A stretch of DNA of 64,000 bases from Promethearchaeota archaeon (GTDB lineage Archaea; Asgardarchaeota; Lokiarchaeia; Sigyniarchaeales; SOKP01). The stretch's first letter is position 1, and each line of letters begins with the position of its first letter. The position numbers and the translations under genes are program-made. Below are positions 31,602 to 41,038 of the stretch, in pieces. The notes under the pieces are model-generated. The model did not search any database. It worked only from the letters and a program-made list of their open reading frames with translations, and was not told where the DNA came from. Location: positions 1 through 64,000 of the forward strand of contig JAHLWP010000008.1 of assembly GCA_019057865.1 (NCBI GenBank). Reading direction: 5' to 3'.

Positions 31602-32847
31602 TTTGAAAAAAGAAAAAACAACTAAATATCTTGAAGATAGAGGAATATCCCATATTACTGCTGTTCCTGATCAGCAAAAACTTGATAGGTATAAAAATTT
31701 AGAATATTACAAAGATATCTTATATCAATGTGGAAAATGTGGTACTTGTAGAACTGCATATCACGAAGAAGGATGGCCTCACGTTTGTCCTTCTGGAGAA
31801 TTTGGAAAATTTGAGGCATACTATTTAGGAGGCAAAAATTTACTTTCCTGGGCTTTAACCACGGGACGTCTTAAATGGACTGAAAATATGGCAAAGATTT
31901 TTTATCAGTGTTCAGTCTGTATGGCATGCATGCAGCAATGTCAAATTCCAGAAATTCATCATTATGCGGGAGAATGGCTCATGGCAATGAGAGAAGAAGC
32001 TGTTCAAAAAGGTTTTGGGCCAATGCCAGAACAACAAAAATATTCTGAGCATGTTACTAAAGAATATAACCCTTATATGGAAAAGCATAAGGATCGGACG
32101 AATTGGATAACTTCAAATATAAAGGAAACCCCAGATGCAAAACTAGCTTACTTTGTCGGTTGTACTACTAGTTATAGAGAACAAAATATAGCTATTGCTA
32201 CAGCAGAAATATTGAATTCACTTGGGGTTGAATTCAGGGTTCTTAAGGATGAACGCTGTTGTGGTTCTCCTGTATACATGACAGGTCAAACTAATAAAGC
32301 AAAAGAAATTGCTGAAACAAATATAAATACTTTTAAGAATGAAGGGATTGAAAGAATTATTACATCTTGCGCTGGCTGTTATAGGACTTTAAAAGAGATA
32401 TATCCTAAGAAATTTGGTTTTGAACATGGTATTGAGGTTTTGCATTTGCCAGAGTTTCTATTAGAGAAATTAAATAATGATGAATTAACTTTCAATAATA
32501 AAGTTAATATGAAAATAACGTATCATGATCCTTGTCATATCGGTCGGCATATGGGTATTTATGAACCACCACGAGAAGTTCTAACTAAAATACCTGGAAT
32601 TGAATTAATAGAAATGGCAAGAAATAGGCATAATGCATGGTGTTGTGGATCTGGTGGAGGGGTACGTTCAGCATTTAAAGATTTATCAACTTTTGCTGCA
32701 AATGAGAGAATTGAGGAAGCAAAAGAAACGACTGCCAGTGCAATAGTCTCATGTTGCCCATTCTGTTTAAATCAATTTAAAACAAATATTGATAATAATG
32801 AAATTCAAGCTTACGATCTATCTGAGTTGATTAGAAAGGCAATCTAA
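31588..32847 (+). CDS. Fe-S oxidoreductase (GlcF/HdrD-like; 4Fe-4S plus two CCG domains)
   Basis: CGKCGTC, CSVCMACMQQC, YFVGC, CCGSP, YHDPCHIGR, CCGSGGG, CCPFC. Confidence 0.88.
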   Translation: MERIDLKKEKTTKYLEDRGISHITAVPDQQKLDRYKNLEYYKDILYQCGKCGTCRTAYHEEGWPHVCPSGEFGKFEAYYLGGKNLLSWALTTGRLKWTENMAKIFYQCSVCMACMQQCQIPEIHHYAGEWLMAMREEAVQKGFGPMPEQQKYSEHVTKEYNPYMEKHKDRTNWITSNIKETPDAKLAYFVGCTTSYREQNIAIATAEILNSLGVEFRVLKDERCCGSPVYMTGQTNKAKEIAETNINTFKNEGIERIITSCAGCYRTLKEIYPKKFGFEHGIEVLHLPEFLLEKLNNDELTFNNKVNMKITYHDPCHIGRHMGIYEPPREVLTKIPGIELIEMARNRHNAWCCGSGGGVRSAFKDLSTFAANERIEEAKETTASAIVSCCPFCLNQFKTNIDNNEIQAYDLSELIRKAI

Positions 32848-32987
32848 TATCAAATAAAAACCATTTTCAATTTTTTTATTCTTAATTTTTAAAAAATTTT
32901 AAAAATTTTTAAATTTCTTAAAGGAGAGAATATTAATTATTAACATACCCTAAATAATAAGAAAAGAGTATATAGTGGAAATTTATA

Positions 32988-33767
32988 GTGGAAATTAAAA
33001 GGATAATTAAACAAATAAGAAACTTTGTTAAAGAACAGGACCAAAGTGGAATAAAATTAAATCTCTATAAATCAGTATATGATTTTTCTCAATACTTCAA
33101 AGATTTAGATTTAAGTGTTGATCTAGATAAGAATAAGGAAATTATTCTTCAAGAAGAGACTCAACTAGAACTTGGAGGATTGAATAGAAAATCTTTTTCA
33201 TTAGTATACCCTACAATAGAATTGAATCAGATTGAAGATGGAAAAATATCTTTACTAGGACCTGAAATACAAGAAATTAAAGAACCAAGTGTTGATTTTG
33301 GACTTTTTCTTTTAATACAAGTAAAAAGTTTATCAGAAAAAGAGTTTAATAATTTAAGGTTATTAAATTTCATTTCTAATGGAATAGAAGGATTCCTAAT
33401 TCGAACAATTCCTAGAAAATTTTGGTGTAGAATAAGCACAGACGTTATAAAGAAAAACTTCTCTTTTGAATTTCTAGGAAATGCGATTTTCTATTTATAT
33501 AAGCAAAAATTCAAAAATTTAATTGAATCTATGGAAGTTCTTTTTATAAATTCTTATCCAAATCCTATAGATGAGTTTATGAGTATCGTTTCTGAGATTA
33601 TTGCTCATATCAATGATCAATGGATAAAAAAGATTGAAGAATGGAGAAAAAGAATAGATTGTGAGTATGATTGGGGATGTGAAATTTGTCCTTACCAAGA
33701 AGAATGCTATGAGATAAAACAAGTTTTAATTGAAAGAGAAAAAATAGATAATATCCCTAAAAGTTAG
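32988..33767 (+). CDS. Acetyl-CoA synthase (CdhC/AcsB) domain-like protein with C-terminal 4-Cys motif
   Basis: ETQLELGG, IEDGKISLLGPEI, IEGFLIR....FWCRIS...K.FSFEFLG; C-terminal CEYDWGCEICPYQEEC. Confidence 0.6.
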   Translation: MEIKRIIKQIRNFVKEQDQSGIKLNLYKSVYDFSQYFKDLDLSVDLDKNKEIILQEETQLELGGLNRKSFSLVYPTIELNQIEDGKISLLGPEIQEIKEPSVDFGLFLLIQVKSLSEKEFNNLRLLNFISNGIEGFLIRTIPRKFWCRISTDVIKKNFSFEFLGNAIFYLYKQKFKNLIESMEVLFINSYPNPIDEFMSIVSEIIAHINDQWIKKIEEWRKRIDCEYDWGCEICPYQEECYEIKQVLIEREKIDNIPKS

Positions 33768-33779
33768 GAGAAAATTTTA

Positions 33780-34562
33780 ATGGGAGAAGATATAGGTTTA
33801 AAGAAACCACTGGTAATCGCAGTCGCCGGGAAAGGGGGTGTTGGGAAAACCGTAATTACAGCGTTACTTGCTAGAACTATTTCAAAAAACTATGATTACA
33901 AAATGCTTTTAATTGATGCTGATCCAACACATCCCCATTTAAGTAATATGGTTAAATTAATTCCAAAAAAAAGCCTTGAAAAAATACGAATCGATGTTAT
34001 TGTTAAAACTCTGAAAAAGGAAAAAACAGCTCAAAATTTAGCAGAAAATATCGATTTTGAAATCTATAATGCTATAACAGAAAGTAAGGAATTTTCTTTA
34101 TTTTCAATTGGTCAACCAGAAGGACCAGGTTGCTTTTGTCCTTCAAATGCTCTACTAAAAAAAGTAATTGAATCTATTTCACAAGATTTTGATATTGTGT
34201 TAATAGACTGTGAGGCTGGTCTTGAGCAAATTAATAGAATGGTTATTAAATCTGTAGATATAATTTTAATAATTACTGATATATCTTTAAGAAGTATAGA
34301 TACAGCAGATTCTATTAGAAAGAGCGCTAAAAAATTTACAAATTATAAAAAATTAGGTATTATTATTAATAAAACTAGAGGGAATATTGATGTTATTATT
34401 GAAAAATTAACTAAATTACACTTACCTATTTTAGGGCAAATCCCAGAAGATCAGAATATCATAAAATATGATTTGGTTGGTAATTCAATAATTGATATCC
34501 CCGAAAACGCACCAAGTAAAGTGGCAATAAATCAAATGTTAAAAGAAATATTTAGCTTTTAA
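33780..34562 (+). CDS. cooC: CooC/AcsF-type nickel-insertion ATPase
   Basis: GKGGVGKT, IDADP, GPGCFCP, DCEAGLE. Confidence 0.85.
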   Translation: MGEDIGLKKPLVIAVAGKGGVGKTVITALLARTISKNYDYKMLLIDADPTHPHLSNMVKLIPKKSLEKIRIDVIVKTLKKEKTAQNLAENIDFEIYNAITESKEFSLFSIGQPEGPGCFCPSNALLKKVIESISQDFDIVLIDCEAGLEQINRMVIKSVDIILIITDISLRSIDTADSIRKSAKKFTNYKKLGIIINKTRGNIDVIIEKLTKLHLPILGQIPEDQNIIKYDLVGNSIIDIPENAPSKVAINQMLKEIFSF

Positions 34563-34597
34563 TCCTATAAAATACATAAGACCTGAATAAGGTTAAT

Positions 34598-34711
34598 TCA
34601 AGAAAAAAATCCTCTTAATTCTATGGTTTTAGTAATCTTTAAAACTGCTATGATGTAAGCAGCAGTACGAAGTGAAATATTTCTTTCTTTTGAGACTTTA
34701 TGTATTAACAT
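34598..34711 (-). pseudogene. 3' remnant of a glutamate dehydrogenase gene
   Basis: Manual translation HKVSKERNISLRTAAYIIAVLKITKTIELRGFFS* matches the GdhA C-terminal helix (LRTAAY..AV.R...A...RG). Confidence 0.65.
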
Positions 34712-34776
34712 ACTATTGAGTATATAAATTGAATAGGGTAACTAATAAAATTTAAGTTTAAATTTTAAAAAATAGA

Positions 34777-35823
34777 TTAAAGATTCACAAGACAGTATTG
34801 AACAAACTTTAATGGTTCAATCGCACATCCTCCTGAATCTAATCCTCCAAGCTCATCTATTAAATCTTGAGGAATCTCAGTATCTTTAATCCATAGATCT
34901 TTTAAGTTTATCAGAGATTCCAGACCTTTAACACTTCTTATCTGGTTAATACTTAATTCTAATGTTTCTAATTTCGTAAGTGGTTCCAAACCTTTAATTT
35001 CAGTTATTTTATTTCCAGAAAGAAATAAGCTCTCGAGATTTGTTAATGAATATAATCCTTTAATATGAAGAATATCATTTTCTTTTAAGTTTAAAATTTT
35101 TAAATTTGTAGAATTTTCTAACTCTTTTATTACTTCAATTTGATTTGAATTGAGCCAGAGGTTATTTAAATTTTTAAGTGCTTTTAGTCCTTCCATTTCT
35201 TCTATTAAATTGTTATTTAAATAGAGTTCTTGCAAATTTATTAAATTCTCTAGATTTACTATTTCAGCAATCTGATTTCCTCCAAGGTTTAATATTTTCA
35301 AGTTCTTTAAGTTATCTAAACCCTCAATTTTTTTAACTTGATTACCAGCAATCCATAAAACTTCAAGATTTTTCAAATTATCTAATCCAGATATTTCTGT
35401 AATTAAATTCCAAGAAAAATCTAATTTTTGTAAATCTTTTAGATATTCAAGACCTTGAATTTTAGCAATTGAATTTCCTCTTAAATATAATTCTTTCAAA
35501 TTAGTTAAATTCTCTAATCCTTTAATCTCAGAAATTTGATTACTTATTAAGTGAAGAATTTCTAGATTTTCTAAACTTTCGAGACCCTTTATTTCTGAAA
35601 TGTTATTACTGCCTAAATTTAAAATTTCTAAGTCTTTAAGGTTTTCTAATCCCTCTATTTTTGATATTTCATTAGAGCTAAGTTCTAAATGCTTAAGATT
35701 TTTTACTTTCTCTAGTCCTTCTATTTCATTTATATCCTTAATTTCCAATAAGCCTAAATCTAGAAAACCATCCTCTATTTCAAATTTTGAACCTGCAAAT
35801 TCGACAAATTTCATAACTTTCAC
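34777..35823 (-). CDS. Leucine-rich repeat protein (Sds22-like)
   Basis: About 12 tandem 22-aa repeats LxxLxLxxNxIxxIxGLxxL. Confidence 0.92.
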   Translation of the reverse strand: MKVMKFVEFAGSKFEIEDGFLDLGLLEIKDINEIEGLEKVKNLKHLELSSNEISKIEGLENLKDLEILNLGSNNISEIKGLESLENLEILHLISNQISEIKGLENLTNLKELYLRGNSIAKIQGLEYLKDLQKLDFSWNLITEISGLDNLKNLEVLWIAGNQVKKIEGLDNLKNLKILNLGGNQIAEIVNLENLINLQELYLNNNLIEEMEGLKALKNLNNLWLNSNQIEVIKELENSTNLKILNLKENDILHIKGLYSLTNLESLFLSGNKITEIKGLEPLTKLETLELSINQIRSVKGLESLINLKDLWIKDTEIPQDLIDELGGLDSGGCAIEPLKFVQYCLVNL

Positions 35824-35944
35824 ATAGAAATAACTTTCTTATATTATAATAATCCCTAATTTTTAATTATTGCAAAATTAAAATGTTTATACACTATAAA
35901 ATTAATATTTAAAAGATACAAAAGTATCTATTTATTGTTATATT

Positions 35945-36058
35945 ATGGTTGTCTGCCAAAAATGTGGAAATTTATTAAATAAAAACGAAAGTGGATACTA
36001 TTACTGTACTACCTGCAAAAAATTAACTTATTTTTTAGAATTTGTATCCAAATGTTAA
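35945..36058 (+). CDS. Zinc-ribbon microprotein (37 aa), not in the ORF track
   Basis: MVVCQKCGNLLNKNESGYYYCTTCKKLTYFLEFVSKC*; paralogous to 36854..37042. Confidence 0.7.
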   Translation: MVVCQKCGNLLNKNESGYYYCTTCKKLTYFLEFVSKC

Positions 36059-36132
36059 TCAAATCTGAGGTTTATACTCGTTAATAATTTATATTCAATT
36101 ACTTTAAATTTAAGATCAGAAATATATTTAAT

Positions 36133-36657
36133 ATGAACGATGAAGAACCTCCAAGACCTAGTGGCTTATCTATAGGTACAAAAGCCCCACTCTTTATTAC
36201 ACAAGATATATATGGAAATGAAATGAAATTATCCAAACTTCTCGAAACTTATGATGGGGTAATGATAGACTTCTTTCGGGGAAATTGGTGAAGTCATTGT
36301 AAAAAACATTTAAAAATTTTGACTGAAAAAATATCAGAATTCAAAAAAAGAAATATAAAGCTTATCTCTATAGCTAGCGACAGTGTAAGATTATTAACAG
36401 AATTTAAGGAAGAAAATGGATTTACTGTTGACATTATCTCTGATCGTGGAGCCAAAATTGCTAAAGGATATGATGTTTATTGGTTTGCTCCAGGTGGAGG
36501 TAAAAATTACAAATTTAAACAAGCCGTACCTAGTAAATTTCTGATTAATAATGACGGAGAAATAGTATGGACATATATTGGTAAAGATAAAACAGACCGA
36601 CCTTCGATAGAATTAATGACAGAAATTATTGATAAAAAAATTAAAAATCCTGAATAA
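36133..36657 (+). CDS. Peroxiredoxin-like (AhpC/TSA, thioredoxin fold) selenoprotein; Sec at codon 53 (TGA 36289-36291)
   Basis: Continuous frame from ATG 36133: ...GLSIGTKAPLF...DFFRGNW*SHCKKHL..., running into the track ORF 36319..36657. The TGA sits at the first Cys of the W-C-x-x-C motif. A SECIS-like hairpin follows the stop. Confidence 0.88.
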
Positions 36658-36659
36658 GA

Positions 36660-36695
36660 ATGAAGCATGTGTAAAAAAACGAGACATATGTGGAC
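36660..36695 (+). promoter_or_regulatory. Eukaryote-type SECIS-like element in the 3' UTR
   Basis: ATGA-A-GCATGTGT-AAAAAAACGAG-ACATATGT-G-GA-C: UGAN/NGAN core, 8-bp helix (two G-U pairs), unpaired A-run at the start of the apical loop. Confidence 0.78.
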
Positions 36696-36853
36696 AACCT
36701 TGCAAGGGTTTTGGGATTACTTTCGATTTTTTTTTTAAATTTTTTATTTATTTATTTTTTGGTTTAAGGACTTATTATTAATTCTCTTGAAAAAGGACTT
36801 ATTTCTAATCTATAAAAAGAATCTATTAAAATCTAGTTTGTTACATAACTAGT

Positions 36854-37042
36854 ATGAATGTAATAGCTTGTAAAAAATGTGGTTTAACCATAGAGAATAA
36901 GGAACCTGGTACCTATTATTGTGAAAATTGCTCTAAAGATATGAGATTTTTTAAAGTGGATGCATTTTGTGGAGGGAAACCAGGAGAACTTTATGATCAT
37001 GATGATGATCATGAAGATGGAGATCATAACGTTATACACTAA
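36854..37042 (+). CDS. Zinc-ribbon microprotein with His/Asp-rich tail
   Basis: CKKC-x13-CENC; tail DHDDDHEDGDHNVIH. Confidence 0.75.
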   Translation: MNVIACKKCGLTIENKEPGTYYCENCSKDMRFFKVDAFCGGKPGELYDHDDDHEDGDHNVIH

Positions 37043-37126
37043 AATTCAAATTTATTTTATTTGATTTAAAATATTTATAAGTTTAAAAATTAGAATAACT
37101 TTAAAGCTAAATCTTTTTTTTGAGCT

Positions 37127-37306
37127 ATGAAAAAATATGCTATTTGTAAAAAATGCGGATTTACTATAGAAAATATCGATCCTGGTAATTATTACTGTCC
37201 CTAGTGTAAGAAAGAAGATCAATTTTTCAAATTAGAATTGTTTGATGGCTCTAAACCTGGTAAAATATATGAAAAGGATGATTATGATTATAATACCAAA
37301 TCTTAA
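37127..37306 (+). pseudogene. Zinc-ribbon microprotein paralog with in-frame TAG (37202-37204)
   Basis: MKKYAICKKCGFTIENIDPGNYYCP*CKKEDQFFKLELFDGSKPGKIYEKDDYDYNTKS* aligns with 36854..37042 on both sides of the stop. Confidence 0.7.
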
Positions 37307-37347
37307 TTAGATAATTTTACAATAATATTATAAAAATCCTTTCTTTT

Positions 37348-38064
37348 TTGTATATTATGACAAACGCATTATACATGGATGATAGCTATTTAAAAACTTG
37401 GAAAGCTAAAGTTGTAAGCGTAGAAGATGATAAATATATCATTCTTGACAAAACAGCCTTCTATCCAAAAGGGGGAGGGCAACCGTGGGATGAAGGTTTC
37501 TTAATAAAAAATGGAGATAAATTTAGAGTTGTTTACGTTGGTAAGTTCTCTGGTGAAATTAGCCATGAAGTAGATAAACCTGGTCTAAAAGAAGGAGATG
37601 AAATTTCCTGTGAACTAGATTGGGAAAGGAGATATACTTATATGAGATACCATACAGCATCTCATCTAATTTCCAATATTCTGTATAGAAGGGCTAATGC
37701 TAAAATAACCGGTAACCAAATAGAGATGGATAAAACAAGAATGGATTTTTCAATGATTGATTATTCACCAGAAAAGCTGCGAGCTTACGTTGATGAAGCA
37801 AATAGAATTATTGACCAAAACTTGCCTATTACAATAGGCTACATGTCTCGAGAAGGAGCCTTACAAAAGCCCGAATTAGCACGCTTAGCTATTGGATTAC
37901 CAAAAAATATTAAGGAGTTTCGTATTGTTAGAATAGGAGATATCGATGAGCAAATAGATGGTGGAACCCACATTAGTCATCTAAAAGAAATCGGTAAGAT
38001 TGAAATATTGAAGACAGTAAACAAAGGTAAAAATAATAGAAGGATGTATTTTATACTTAAATAA
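37348..38064 (+). CDS. alaX: Alanyl-tRNA editing protein AlaX
   Basis: TAFYPKGGGQPWD, MRYHTASH, DGGTH, GKNNRR. The start may be the ATG at MTNALY. Confidence 0.9.
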   Translation: MYIMTNALYMDDSYLKTWKAKVVSVEDDKYIILDKTAFYPKGGGQPWDEGFLIKNGDKFRVVYVGKFSGEISHEVDKPGLKEGDEISCELDWERRYTYMRYHTASHLISNILYRRANAKITGNQIEMDKTRMDFSMIDYSPEKLRAYVDEANRIIDQNLPITIGYMSREGALQKPELARLAIGLPKNIKEFRIVRIGDIDEQIDGGTHISHLKEIGKIEILKTVNKGKNNRRMYFILK

Positions 38065-38077
38065 CAATAATTATCGG

Positions 38078-39019
38078 TTAAATATTGAAATCGTCCTCAA
38101 AATCATCATATTCTACCTCAAGACGTTTCTTTTCATCTTCTTTCTTTTCCTTCTTTATTTCTTTGCGTTCCTTATGTTTCAGTTCATCATATCTTTTTAT
38201 ATAGATTTGTTCATATTTTTCTCTTAAGGTTTCAACATCTTTAACGGCTCCTATTTTGTCTTCCAAACCATCTTCAAAAAAATAGTTCTTCTTGAATTTG
38301 CTTGCCGGAATCCCAGCATATATCCACTCCCTTTCTAAAACTTGCCCAACAGTAGTAACTGAATTTGCTGCTAATATGCATTTTTGACCAATTTTAGTAC
38401 CTGGCATAACTATTGAATGGGAACCAATTCTTACATCGTCTTCAATAACAGTCTTCCTGATTATTAAGAGATTGCCAATAATACAAGCAGATTGAATAAT
38501 TGCTGCCTGACCGACAACCACATTTTTGCCAAAGTCAATAAATTCGGTGTCAACCCATCCCTCGAAAAGTGAATTTGAGATTTTTGTTTTTACTCCAAAC
38601 GCTTTGAAGCATATATTATCTAAAATTCCAGGGAAAGGAAATCTGTGGGCAAGCCAAATAGGCCACCTCTTAATCGTATTACGAAGACTCCAGTACCGAT
38701 AATCTTTATCAGCAGCAGTTCTTAAAAAAACACCTTCTTTGGGATGGTGAATAACATTAACTATAACCAACAAAATCTTTGCAAAAAATATTGCCGCAAA
38801 GACAATTGTGACATACATCAAGATAGCTAAAAGAGGAAGAAATGTATAAAAATGGATGGGTCTTTCGTAATTCCATAGCAACCGCCAATAAACCCAAAAT
38901 TCTAAGAGAAGCGGAATTATACTTGCCCATATAAGGAAAAAGTAAAAGATTAAATATTTTTTCTTCACTAAAACTGTTGGAGTAAAAGGACCCAACCTCA
39001 TCGTGTTTGGTACAGACAT
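38078..39019 (-). CDS. 2TM + left-handed beta-helix acyltransferase-like protein, module C
   Basis: Two TM helices, PKEGVF...YWSLR, hexapeptide repeats (IEDDVRIGSHSIVMPGTKIG), YAGIPA. Start moved to ATG 39019 (GAGGAG upstream). Confidence 0.8.
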   Translation of the reverse strand: MSVPNTMRLGPFTPTVLVKKKYLIFYFFLIWASIIPLLLEFWVYWRLLWNYERPIHFYTFLPLLAILMYVTIVFAAIFFAKILLVIVNVIHHPKEGVFLRTAADKDYRYWSLRNTIKRWPIWLAHRFPFPGILDNICFKAFGVKTKISNSLFEGWVDTEFIDFGKNVVVGQAAIIQSACIIGNLLIIRKTVIEDDVRIGSHSIVMPGTKIGQKCILAANSVTTVGQVLEREWIYAGIPASKFKKNYFFEDGLEDKIGAVKDVETLREKYEQIYIKRYDELKHKERKEIKKEKKEDEKKRLEVEYDDFEDDFNI

Positions 39020-39023
39020 GCTT

Positions 39024-40910
39024 TTACATCTCCTCAACTTTTTTATTATCTTGGTTAATTTCTTTAGTTTTAATCAGTTCTTTTTTATCTTCATCTATAT
39101 TTACTTCATGCTCAATTTCAAATTTCTTTTCCTCATCGACATCTCTTTTCATCAGTATTTCCCTGCGGGATAATGCATATTTATTTGGTTTGAATTTAAG
39201 GACTGGTATTCCAGTGTAAATCCAACCCGGCTCAAGAATTTGATTCACTGTAGTTGTACTAGCCGCACCCACCATTGTTTCTTTACCTATAATTGTACCT
39301 GGGACGATAGTGGTCTGTGCACCAACCATTACATAGTCGTCTAAAATTACACTTCGAATTAATAGATATTTTCCAACGATCATCGAGGACATTATCACCG
39401 TGGCCTGACCAATTAAATTCTTTCTCCCAAATTTAATAAACTCACCATCACACCAAGTATCATTAAGATGGCTAGAAGTATCCATATTGATTCCTAAAAG
39501 CTTAAAAGCTAGTACGTCCGTCCATGTAAATGGCGAATTTCGAAAAAGCCAAAAAGAGAGTTTCCTTAACTCAGTTCTAATCATCCAGAATTCAAAATCA
39601 GTGTTTTTAATTTCAGCCTTGAAAACACCTTCTTTAGGTTTATGAAGTAAATTTATGAGAATTAAGAATAGTTTGCTAAATATGAGACAGGCTAAAGTAA
39701 AAAAATAAATTGAGCCAAATATGGCCAGAGGAAGAAATGCTATAATAGGAATCCAATTTTCATCAAGAAAATACCAATACCAAAAAATAGCAACGAGAAA
39801 TCCTGAAAGAAAAAAGATGGGAAGATAGATTGCTAAAAATTTGATATTCACTCTACTTATTGCTGAACTTGTAGTAAAATCAATAGCTAAGTCTTCATCC
39901 GTTAAAGAATTTATATCAATTTTATCCTCAGGTAATTCAGCAATTAGTTGTTCTTTATCATCTTCGGGTTTATTATCATTTAATTCTTCAGCTTTTAATT
40001 TTTTCAGTAGCTTTTTATCTTTATACCCTTCAATATTTTCATTTCTCTCTAAATCTTTCTGAGATACATCTAAATAACCCATTATTTTTCTCCTAAATAT
40101 CTTTCTTAATGGCATGCCCCAGTAAAAGTTGTTACCTTTTATCAGACTATGTTTTACGGCTGAAGCCCAAGGAAGTAAATAAGAATTATCGTGTATTTCT
40201 GATCCAGGACCAACCAGATTGGTTGCGGCAGCGGTTACATTATTTCCTACTTTAACTTTAAAATATGAGATATTTCCGAATATTCCTTCCACCACATGAG
40301 TCCCTAAAGCTGAATTCACGCCGAAATAGCAGTTTTCGCCGATCTCGAGAAACTTATCATTAACTATAGATTCCTCAAAGGTAGTTCCTGTCCCTATTTT
40401 ACTTGCCCCCAAAAAGTTAAAAAACCAATTGCTAAGCCAGGGAAAAACGCCTTTCGCGAAGGAATTCTTTCCGTATTTAAGTATGAAGGATCTTATATGA
40501 TAGTAGTTTGCAGCTTTGCTTCTTATATTTCGTGGAATTATTCCTTCTTTGGAGGGAGAGATTTTTTCAGTTATTTTCCATAATAATCGAGTAGCTAAAG
40601 CTAAAAAGGACAAATGAAGTAAATAACACCCAATAAGAACAAATGGCATAGATAGCAGAGACAATAAGGGTTTAAGTTCTATGAAAAGTGATAAGAAATC
40701 TGGTGTTTCTAAAACATTTGGAAGAAAAAATTGTAGAACATAATAAAAAAAGATTATTCCAGAAAACACCCACGATATATAAAAAATAAAGGCAAATAGA
40801 GTTATATAAACATGATAATGGAGCTCAACTTCTTCTTTTATGATTTCATCCTCAGAGTCATTCGAATTTGGTGAATCACTATCTTCAGCTTCTTCGCTCA
40901 TTTTTATCAT
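39024..40910 (-). CDS. Fused A-B membrane left-handed beta-helix acyltransferase-like protein
   Basis: Two tandem [2TM + hexapeptide repeat + G.P] modules. Confidence 0.8.
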   Translation of the reverse strand: MIKMSEEAEDSDSPNSNDSEDEIIKEEVELHYHVYITLFAFIFYISWVFSGIIFFYYVLQFFLPNVLETPDFLSLFIELKPLLSLLSMPFVLIGCYLLHLSFLALATRLLWKITEKISPSKEGIIPRNIRSKAANYYHIRSFILKYGKNSFAKGVFPWLSNWFFNFLGASKIGTGTTFEESIVNDKFLEIGENCYFGVNSALGTHVVEGIFGNISYFKVKVGNNVTAAATNLVGPGSEIHDNSYLLPWASAVKHSLIKGNNFYWGMPLRKIFRRKIMGYLDVSQKDLERNENIEGYKDKKLLKKLKAEELNDNKPEDDKEQLIAELPEDKIDINSLTDEDLAIDFTTSSAISRVNIKFLAIYLPIFFLSGFLVAIFWYWYFLDENWIPIIAFLPLAIFGSIYFFTLACLIFSKLFLILINLLHKPKEGVFKAEIKNTDFEFWMIRTELRKLSFWLFRNSPFTWTDVLAFKLLGINMDTSSHLNDTWCDGEFIKFGRKNLIGQATVIMSSMIVGKYLLIRSVILDDYVMVGAQTTIVPGTIIGKETMVGAASTTTVNQILEPGWIYTGIPVLKFKPNKYALSRREILMKRDVDEEKKFEIEHEVNIDEDKKELIKTKEINQDNKKVEEM

Positions 40911-41038
40911 TAAATTCTAATTCCAAACTATTTTTAATAAATTTTACTTTATTAGAATGCAATTGAAAATTATAATACTTTAATAGATATTTTTTTCCTT
41001 TTAAACTTATAAATCTTAAGTAAAAATAAAAATTTATT

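Noticed and set aside
36319-36657. 112-aa ORF as a complete gene (likewise 48946..49212)
   Set aside because: Each lacks the N-terminal thioredoxin-fold strand and redox motif, which lie upstream in frame across a TGA.
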